A DNA stretch of 30,574 nt from NCBI RefSeq assembly GCF_006345805.1, contig NW_021832495.1, positions 1 to 30,574 of the forward strand, in the 5' to 3' direction. The DNA is from Octopus sinensis. Its lineage: Eukaryota. Both the position numbers and the translations under genes were made by a program. Shown one piece after another: positions 22,023-30,574 of this stretch. Each line of letters begins with the position of its first letter. The first letter of the stretch is position 1. The notes beneath the pieces are model-generated. The model searched no databases and was not told the origin of the DNA. It saw only the letters and a program-made list of their open reading frames with translations.

Positions 22023-23600
22023 TCTTCGAGGCGTCGTCCATAATGACTTCTAAAGGCCCACCAAGAGTGACGTCATCCAAATACCAAAAATTGATAGGCG
22101 AAGAAATGCCACGTGCAACGTGATCAACACAGACAGCGAATAGTAGAGGACCGAGGGGGTCGCCCTGTTGGATTCCACACTCAGAGTTGATAACTTTTCC
22201 GGAAAAAAAGTAAGCTGCTCGGCAAGGAATAGGCCAAGGATACAATTGGGAGAAGATCAGGGCAACGTTCACCAACAGCCTCAAGCATGTGGTCTCTTCT
22301 GACACTATTAAAAGCATTCTTGACATCGAGCTTAAGCAAGAAGGGTACATTCTTCGGTTTCGAAATAGTCACCTGGCGAGAGGCGTGAGCTAGTGCTTCA
22401 CAGGCCCCTTTAACACCAACGCCGAACTGGAATGGCAAGAATCCCGACACAATTGCGGAATAACACGACGTGACATTATTTTGGCAGCAAGGCGTCTGAA
22501 GACATTACCAACTGCAATTGGCCGTAAACCGCCATCACTCTTACGGAGAGCTGTTAGATTGGCCGAAAATAGGAGATCCCTCGCAACAGCAGGGATGGCG
22601 CCCGTGACAATTCGAGAGCAGAGCCGATTGATCGAATCCAGGAGAGCACGGCCCGAGTCGGCAGTCAAAAGAGATATAAGGTCCCTCAGATGTATGGGCT
22701 TTATTCCGTCAATGCCTCCACTGCTGCTGAGCGGGAAGGACGACAAAGCAGCTAAGACCTCGGAGTTAGTCGTATGGGGGACATCGGCCGAGCACGGATT
22801 GGACGTTAATCGAAGATTTTCAGGGGCACTAGGATGCTTGTGGCACAATTCCAAGTACACGGCCTCTGAAGGAGGCGCCACGGGCGTGTTTGAAGAGATC
22901 ACCCGGACTGCCCCACTGATGTCCCCTTGCATAAGTTTACTTTTAACTGCCCGTATCATGAAAGAACAATCCGTGTCGTGCGTAGAGGCACAGGACTCCA
23001 CGTTCTGGGGTTGGAAGATAAGAGGCCAACAGACAGCCAGTCGGGTCAAAATCTGAATGAACAAAACAGAACAAGCGTCTTTAATCCGCTGGGCTGGTGA
23101 TACCTGTCGCCCATCACGCAATCGGACGGTACGAGACCCCAAGCATAAGGGAGCAAAGCAGAAGAGTTTAAACCAAGCTTCATGAGAATCGGACGACAGT
23201 GCCTGATCGATGATAGTAGAAAGGGCCTTCGCGGCCGATAGTCTCGCTGACTTAGGGATTCTCGCCAGCACAGGTGATGAAATCCGAAAGGTAGAAAGGA
23301 GGCATAAGAAAATCTCGCTATCCAGGCAGTGGGGAGTAGCTTTCATAAAAGAAGCGGGGCGGATTAGGTTGTATGGATTAAGAGAAGGCACAAGACATCC
23401 AGAACACTTCCAATTAGATAATAACAGAGAGCGGGCTTTGGAGAGTCCCACGCAGGATAAGTGGAAGAAAAGGCCACAAGAAACACAAGTACGTCCCTTC
23501 TTGCGGGAATTCAATACATTGCAACCAGAGCATAGAGAAACGGTATTACCATTGTTGGCTCCTTCTTCAACGCAACTTTTTCTATCTTCATATTGAAAAT
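22023..23600 (-). CDS. CRE-like ORF, N-terminal half (PHD finger + RT core to YLDD)
   Basis: CSGC...CVSC...FHLSC...WKCSGC (C4HC3 PHD); RIPKSARLSAA; KLMQGDISGAVR; GGLRPIAVG; QFGVG; LDVKNAFNS; GIQQGDPLGPLLF; YLDD. Confidence 0.93.
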
Positions 23601-23628
23601 TAACAAAAAAAAAAAACAAAAAATTTCG

Positions 23629-23850
23629 GTATGCCTCTTTTCCTAAACTTTTTTATTATTCAAAAATAATTTTTTCAATAGATAACCGAAGGAGGGAAGA
23701 CGACCTTAAGAAAAGAAAGTTTTCTTAAAGATATTTATTTATTATTATGTATGCCTCTTTTTTCCTAATATTTTTATTATTCAAAAATAATTTTTTAAAT
23801 AGATAATCGAAGGAGGAAAAACGAAGCTGAAGAAAAAACGGTCAGCTTAA
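23629..23850 (+). repeat. Two ~120-bp direct repeats, each an intron-like segment plus a short charged exon-like segment
   Basis: GTATGCCTC...AATAG at 23629-23681 and 23749-23802, followed by DNRRREDD and DNRRRKNEAEEK. Confidence 0.75.
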
Positions 23851-24211
23851 GGTAATTAATTAAATCTTTTTGTGTGTCGCTTTTTTGGCTGCTGCTACTC
23901 TGCTTGCCGCATCTCTGCCTGCCCCATCTCCAGCTGCCCCATCTCCAGCTGCCCCATTTCCGCCAGTGGTTTGTCTAATCAAGGTCACTAAGCTAAATCT
24001 CCGGACTATAAAGGCTCTTAAGCATTATCTTAATTGGCTGTTAAAAAAATTAGACAGGTTGTTGCCGTGGCGGCAGAGATTTTTTTTGTTTATACTATTT
24101 CACACAAATTTTTAAAGTTTTTTTTTGTTTTTTTTTTTATTTTTTTGTTTTTAAATTATGTATTTTTTATTGTTTTTTTTTTTATTTTTTTGTTATTTTC
24201 TAAAATTCAAC

Positions 24212-24677
24212 CGGATTGAATTTTTAAACTCCTTAGATCCCTCTGGAATGCCGAATCATCTTTTAAAGTTAAAGATAGGCGTTCCAGTGGTTTTATACGA
24301 AATCTTGCGCCACCTAAATTATGCAACGGAACGAGGTTAGTTATCAAAAATTGATGGCTAACGTAATAGAGGCGACGATATTAACAGGTAAGTATAGAGG
24401 TGAGGATGTTTATATTCCACGAATTCCGATAATTTCTGATGAATTACCATTTAGATTTAAAAGGCTGCAATTTCCTTTGAGGATGAGTTTTGCAATGACA
24501 ATAAACAAGGCCCAGGGACAGTCATTAAAGGTAGTTGGGTTATTTTTAGAGAGTGAGTGCTTTTCACATGGACAGCTGTATGTGGGATGCTCGAGGGTAG
24601 GCAGAAGAGAAAATTTATTCATATATGCCAAGGAAGGACGGACGACAAACATCGTTTATCAACAGGCGATAGAATAG
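24212..24677 (+). pseudogene. Helitron PIF1-like helicase, C-terminal fragment
   Basis: EFLNSLDPSGMPNHLLKLKIG, PKLCNGTRL, IPRIP, RLQFPLRMSFAMTINKAQGQSL, FSHGQLYVGCSRV. Confidence 0.96.
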
Positions 24678-24921
24678 GGTTACATTAAACCAGGTAGTTT
24701 TATACATCTACATAAACTTATAGTTGTTTGATGAAACAGGCCCTCCGCAGGAGCTAGGTCGCGGTGAGCGAAGCGAGCTGCCGAGCTAGTGACCAATAAA
24801 AAAAAAATATGACTTATATGACTTTGGTGCCCTACCATAATACGTGTTTATTTCAATCATTCTTGATTATTGATTCTGTCTTCTGATTATTATAAAAAGA
24901 GATTGATTTACTTTCGTTAAA

Positions 24922-25730
24922 ATGCTTGGTTATTTAGCGATTGTAAGCTCACTGGTTTTTATTGTGAATTCACAAGGTGGAAATTTACTTATTATTTATA
25001 CATAGAATGTTTTAACACAAGAAGATTCACGCTGGATTCTGGGGAAGAGCGAGTTAGGTTCACAGAATATCCATGTGGCGCTACACTTGCTAAAAGTTTT
25101 TTGATCACAACCATTTTCACAGAACAAATAATTCACGATTGTGAAAATGAGTTGGAATGTGGACAACGGGAAGTATTAATGGGCGGACTCGCAATAAAAA
25201 TGAACCTTTTCAACAACTCTTATAGTTTAGAAATGTCTTTATTTACAAAAAATAGTTTGTGAAATCGTGGATGATAAAATTGCGATCACCAATTCGAACA
25301 TCAAACAATTTGAACGTTGTTCTGTCGTAATCGGGAGTCTTTACATAATGCCTAAAGAGTAATGATTGCAAATTATATAAATAGAACTATTCGAATCGAG
25401 AACCTGAAATATTTAAGTTGGGTCCAGGCAGTGACTGGATTCATCCTCTTTTCCGTTCCCAATGAATTAAAAACTCTTGAGTTTCTTAAAAATTTGGAGT
25501 ATATTGGTGGAGACAGCCTGTATTTGCATTGTCTAAGATATTTTAGTTTCGGAGACGATTCAGTTGTTATATTAGGAGATATGAATTCGAAAATAAAAAA
25601 ATTGGGATTTAAACAATTTGAGGTGATTAAAGGCGGCCTGTTTATCAATTTGCCGACAGTCCACTGTTTGCAATTCTATTACTTGAAGAACCCGTATAGA
25701 CTCAATAACAAAGATTTTAAATTAAACTGC
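24922..25730 (+). CDS. Secreted or membrane receptor L-domain protein (EGFR/insulin-receptor-like), 5' part
   Basis: Signal peptide MLGYLAIVSSLVFIVNSQ; introns 24977-25005 (29), 25225-25255 (31), 25359-25384 (26), 25520-25546 (27); spliced AITNSNIKQFERCSVVIGSLYI...LKYLSWVQAVTGFILF...LEFLKNLEYIGGDSLFGDDSVVI...LGFKQFEVIKGGLFI resembles EGFR domain III; 3' end unresolved. Confidence 0.82.
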
Positions 25731-25744
25731 TGGTCTTTTTTTAA

Positions 25745-25815
25745 GGAGATGAAATGGGGCAAACGGGTTAAATGGGGTAAACTTTTCCCATTTAACTAAA
25801 CCCATTTAACTATCT
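25745..25815. repeat. Short inverted-repeat cluster, probable transposon end remnant
   Basis: AAATGGG twice on the left versus CCCATTTAAC twice on the right, bounded by GAGAT...ATCTC. Confidence 0.5.
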
Positions 25816-26149
25816 CTTTTGGTTTCGTTAATTTTGTTTGGTTTGATTTATCCAAAGTTTTATGTTATATTTTAAAATTAATTTAAAAAGACTATAGGAA
25901 TTGAACTTCGATATTTCAGAAATAAGAGTCGATAACCGTAGTCTAATTAAAAACCACCCTGGAGACCAAAAACATAAAAACCAAAGTAGATAATTTTCGA
26001 CCGTTTATACTTCTTTAGCATTTTTTTCCATAATGGCAGATTATTAGAGTTCATGTTTTCTCCTCTTTAATGATTTCGAGTTTGGATAATTGTCTTTAAC
26101 AGCAATTTTTTGCTGAAACGACAAGCTTTATTTTTTGTTGAAGTTTTTT

Positions 26150-26515
26150 TTAGAAATTCGCATTTAGAATGCTTTTGGATCGATTGAAAATTATTGTCGT
26201 GCTCATTAAAAATATGCCTGGTTAAAAATATGGATCGATCGATAGAAAATTGATGTCGAGTCCATTCACGTTGTTCATTTTATTCAAAATGCAGAAAATT
26301 ATTTTTTGGTGGGAAGGTTTTAAGGACCTCATAATTGAGTATATTTTTAATATGTTAGTTTTTTGGTTGGAATATTTTTGGAGAACCTCATCATTTTGGT
26401 CTTGTTCCCCATTATTGGGAAATTACAAGGGAGAAGGATTTTGACAATTTATCTGTACTTTGCCAATTTGAAGTTGGTGTCCAAACACAGGCACATACCA
26501 TTTTATTATTAAGAT
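26150..26515 (-). mobile_element. Second copy of the Helitron 5' region
   Basis: A|TCTTAAATAATAAAATGGTATG...CACCAACTTCAAATTGGCAA matches the 18204 end; one copy of the 94-bp unit at 26252-26332; left boundary approximate, no CTAG end found. Confidence 0.85.
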
Positions 26516-29150
26516 GATGTAAAAAAACTAATATGGCTACATTCTCTTGATGAAGAAGAAAAATTATAACTACGCAAAAATAAGCTGGAATTTATCGTTA
26601 CAAAATAAGTTTATGAAAAAATCATTCTTATTGTTATCGTAACATTTACCTGTCTTTTAAGTTTATTCATTTTCTTCCTCCAATTCTATCTAGTGATGCA
26701 GGAAAAAATCATCTCATCTGTCAAATCGAAAAGCGGATTCGGTCTAATCTTTAGATAGAAACTATTTCACTCAGATGGACATAAAAAAATTGACCTCAGG
26801 GATTGGCCTTGTGTGTGGAAATTGATTTCGACAGTATGAGGCTTCTTTTTAAAAATAGGAAATTCAATATACGCTTTATGGCAATGGCGGGTAAGCTAAA
26901 CATGCAGCACGGAGCTCTCGCCTTAGCAGAGAGAAGAGACTCTTTTATTTGATCAATACAATCTGTCTTTTGATACTGATCGCTTATAAGAGCTCGTAAA
27001 CCACTTTTTTAAGAATACGTTTTGATTCAGCTTCTTTTCCTAGACAAAAGTTGATGGGGGTTCAACTCTCAAGCAATTTTTGCAGAAAAATTAGCTAGCT
27101 AAATCGTCACAGTTTAATTTGAACATGAGAAACTCTCCGACGATCTTAATCAACCTCTAGTAAACAAATGCAAAAAATGGATTTAATCAAACTTTGATGT
27201 CACCACGCAAAGGTTTGAGCAAAGCAATGATAAAAACGTGTCTTACGTGAAAGCTCTCCGCTATTAAATCTCGCAACATGTCGCTTCACTGTGCAGGAAA
27301 ACGTCATTTTAAAAGCACCTACAACGTTCACTTATAAAGTTGTACCAAGCCAATTGGAACAACATCTCACTCACTGGTAACATCAATAACTCAAAAATTC
27401 CTATTAAGAATAAAAAGCTAGAATGGTCACCATCACGATTGAGTCTTAGCTTTAAGATTTAAGACATAGAAATTAAAGACTTTTCTTAGGAGAAATGCAA
27501 GTTCTTTTTTTAAACGCTCAAATTAGTGGATCTCCTGGACAAGCTTTAGATTTCAAAGGCACATAAAAACTGGATTTTGCACCCGAAACATGGGGACTTT
27601 CTCTTTTAGGTAAAAATGTTGAAGTACAAACTACTGGCAAAATTTCTTCTGCTTTTCTCGGCGACTTAGTCAATTCTTCTCTTGATATAGAACTCATTAA
27701 AGAAAATGCCAGGCTCTATATTGACTTTGAAGAAACAAAAAAAGACCACGAACATCAAAGGGACCTCCTGACCTGCCAAATCCGTGACCTCAAGCACAGC
27801 AATCCTGGTCGATCTTGCTGGGGAAGAACAACAAGGAAAAATAGCCATTCTTAAAAAGACACAAATCAGGAGAGAGGAATTCAGGACCACTCCGAAACGC
27901 TACAAAAATTTAAAAATATAAACGAGAATGAATTTGTGAGATGTAAAGTGCAGTTGAGAGAACAACTTTCGGGGGGGGGGTCGGGACCACGTGAGGGCCC
28001 TCAATCAGAAGATTTTTCATTTTACCTCTCAGTACTTTCTTTGGAAGGTAAAGAATAGCCACGAGACTATGGTCAAAGAGCTTAAATTGGATTTTCAAGA
28101 ACAAATATGATCACTTGAACAGAAATATGCTGATTATTTGAATCAGTTGAGTATTAAAGTTGATTTGTCTTTATTATAGAATTCCGAACTGGTTAACCTG
28201 AAAGAAGAATTTAATTGTTATAAAATATTGACACAGGCACCTTGAGAATGAAAACAAAGGAACAAACGAAGGTGTTTTTGGATTTTGTTGGCTGATTGTC
28301 ATTTCTGTTGCTTTTGCAAAGACACGTTGCATGTTGCTTTTGCAACTGATGCTTCGCCTGTTTTGCATAAAAAGGGATTTAAGAGAAGAAAGTTCGAGGC
28401 AATAGATAGCAGGAAGTCCAAAAGACTAAATCACTCCCAATTAAGATATAAAGTCTCCATACTCTTTTCAATCATGCTGTTTACACCTTTTTTATTGAGT
28501 GATAAGGAATACAGCATTTATTTTACAAATTAGCCTTAAAAATTTAAAAAATTGTGGGTTGAAGTATGGGAATGCTTTCGTTCTTCTGTAGGCTAAAATA
28601 AATTCCATAATCTTATGTAGGAGATCTACGAAGAAATTCTCCATAAAAGAATCCTTTATTATAGTAACCCTATCTCGAAAAATTTCCAGACTTTCCCCGC
28701 CGAATAAGCTCAAAAGCCCACCAAAAGAAAATCGACGATAACTTTCAATTCTGATGAATCTGTTCTTTGGCAAGGAATCACTTTCTGGCTTTTAATCACA
28801 ACTGCGGAGGACTCTGAAGAGCGTCCGCAGATTAATAAAAACTGCATTGAGCTTATGGCTAATGCCTACAAGGAGATTTAGGCTATAAATTGTGATTGAA
28901 GTTCTTGGCAACCCATTCATGATTTTCCTGAATGAATTTTGTGCAACGTGATGGCGCAACCAAGTGAGTTGGTCTTTGAACTCACTCAGCTTTTGAAAAC
29001 CAGAAATCCCTTCTAACTTCTGCATTTTATCAATTTCTTATTCAAGAAACTGTTTTCATGTTTCGACTTGGTCAGGTTTTCGATAAGTAGGAAGAGGATT
29101 GGTGTCAGTAACACAAAAAAGTGAACAAAAACTTCCTCAGTTCTGGAGAG

Positions 29151-29648
29151 AAACGAGGGCGTCCACGGAAACGAGGGGTTTCAGCCGTCAGCCTCGATGG
29201 GGACCGAAGCTATCAAACCTTCAATAGTAGTATGATCAACCTTTACAATGCAAAACTTCACTCAACAACGAAATAGTTTATATTTTTACTTAGTTATAAA
29301 AAAGACGACGCGGGTGCTTTTAGCGAAGAAGCTAGAAGAGGTCGTGTTACAACAACTATTAGAAATTTTATAGAAAATCTGATTCTAGCACTTAAATACC
29401 TTTTATCTTTAAGTGCTGAAAAATAAACCATTTATGACGCTGTGATCACACTTCAAGGAGAGCTTGAAGAACATAAAGATGGAAGGCTACTGGAGCCTAC
29501 AGCAAAAGCTCTAACTGAAGCTTTAGAGATTCCCGAGCACAAAAAAGTTGTAAGAGATTTGCCCTTTTCTCCAAAGTTTCGTCAAAGAAAAATCTTTTTG
29601 CAATTTGGAAGCACGCTCTTTTCAAATTTCAGTAAGAAAAAAGTCTAG
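29151..29648 (+). other. Degenerate coding-like region with an AT-hook motif
   Basis: KRGRPRKR at 29151-29174; protein-like ORF 29442-29648; many stops in between; no family recognised. Confidence 0.25.
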
Positions 29649-30574
29649 TCCTACTCGTGTTAGGAAAGAACAAGAACTATCTCTCAAGCTAAAAGAGAGC
29701 GTAGGCTACAAATAATTTACGAAAAGCTTGCAACTCTCCATGTTCACTCTTTAAGCTTTGGCAATGATGTCATTACTATCAAACGTGAAATTAACTAATT
29801 AGGAAGCCTCCGGAAGCTTCTCCCAATTAATTTGCTCACTTGAAAAAAACGCTGCAAATGCTTTTTAATCCTAGCCAATTTAGAATCTCTAGGCACAGCC
29901 CTAATTCATCACTTAACCATAACTTCTAGAAAATTTTACAGCTCCTGTTACTACTTTTGAAATATTTTTGCGCAAAGTTGTTTCAGCGAAGCTTGAAGGG
30001 AGTTTGGGTCAGGTGAAGCCATTATACAATCGTCAAATTAGTATTATTGATCCAAGACAGCAATTTTTAATCAATCGATTTATTTTTTTGATTTAATTGT
30101 AAACAAGAGTCCTTTAAAAACTTAGACTTAAGTGCTATTGACAGTATGGAATCTAGGAAACTGAGTCGATATTTTGAAGAAAAAGTTGAAAATAAAAAAA
30201 ACCATCCTGCTGACCTTTTCGAAGTCAACTATAACAACATGTTTTCTGAACAATACTTTTGGTAATTTGAAAATATAACCAATCTTTAAGACGCCTACAA
30301 TCAAGGAGATGAAGGTGACACAAATCTTGAAGCAGATGTTTGCTATAACAACTTTCTATTTTGTATACGTAAATTTGTTTTTTTTGAGAATTCTTTAATT
30401 AATTAAAGCAACATTTTTATTTATATAATTTGCACATTATTTCAGTTTTAAATAATTTTTCACGTGCTTTATAATTTTTATAGTTTTGTGGTTCTACTCT
30501 TTTTGCAATTTTAAATAATATTAATACAAATACAGCCGATAGCGTTATCTTCAGTGGTGGAGATGTTAATATCG

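Larger units (their letters stand above)
19059..23600 (-). mobile_element. CRE-clade-like RLE non-LTR retrotransposon with poly(A) tail, split by the Ginger element
   Basis: Poly(A) tail as T27 at 19059-19085; PHD-RT-CCHC-RLE protein with about three frameshifts; 5' boundary approximate, no TSD found. Confidence 0.93.
18204..24789 (+). mobile_element. Non-autonomous Helitron
   Basis: 5' A|TCTTAATAATAAAATGGTATG followed by (GTCT)n; 3' GC-rich imperfect hairpin GGTGAGCGAAGCGAGCTGCCG then CTAG|T; the empty site restores a hAT subterminal ATA|TGACC motif; PIF1 helicase remnant near the 3' end; same 5' end again at 26515. Confidence 0.9.
14755..24834 (-). mobile_element. hAT-like (CGGBP1/DUF659-type) DNA transposon, expanded to ~10 kb by nested insertions
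   Basis: Left end TAGGGCAACCA, right end reverse complement TAGGGCACCA; AATATGAC subterminal repeats at both ends; imperfect TSD CACATAAT (14747-14754) versus CCATAAT (24835-24841). Confidence 0.8.

Noticed and set aside
22481-23596. Long plus-strand ORFs (191 aa and 128 aa) and similar antisense ORFs at 19198-20063
   Set aside because: Antisense shadows of the GC-richer retrotransposon ORF with no independent motifs
23870-24219. ORFs 23870-24115 and 24034-24219 as secreted or membrane proteins
   Set aside because: Arise from a 15-bp repeat and T-rich low-complexity sequence inside the Helitron
25880-25935. Minus-strand tRNA-like segment with a B-box-like GTTCAATTCC
   Set aside because: No convincing cloverleaf or 7-nt anticodon loop; at most a SINE-like remnant
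26520-28800. Continuation of the receptor gene (FN3, transmembrane or kinase exons)
   Set aside because: Isolated hints (AKISWN, a hydrophobic stretch near 28270-28320, FAPE) could not be joined in frame; no HRD or DFG motifs

Overview
AT-rich eukaryotic (animal-like) genomic window that is almost entirely a nested stack of transposable elements. No rRNA, tRNA or CRISPR array is supported. Elements found: (i) two TGT...ACA elements with 5-bp TATTW target duplications (a 600-bp MITE and a 1.46-kb Ginger-type integrase element); (ii) a second Ginger/Gypsy-type integrase split by a Tc1/IS630 DD34E element and an RTE retrotransposon; (iii) that RTE copy is 5'-inverted with a 12-bp TSD (twin-priming geometry); (iv) a ~10-kb hAT-like element holding a pogo element and a Helitron, the Helitron holding a PHD-bearing CRE-like RLE retrotransposon, which holds the Ginger element (four nesting levels); (v) several further non-LTR fragments. 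The only clear host gene is a signal-peptide + receptor L-domain (EGFR/insulin-receptor-like) gene starting at 24922. Ten GT-AG introns of 23-31 nt, inferred from reading-frame restoration in both the host gene and the transposases, point to a host with miniaturised introns (inference: a myxozoan- or dicyemid-like parasite; not identifiable from sequence alone). All family calls rest on motif recognition by eye, not database searches.
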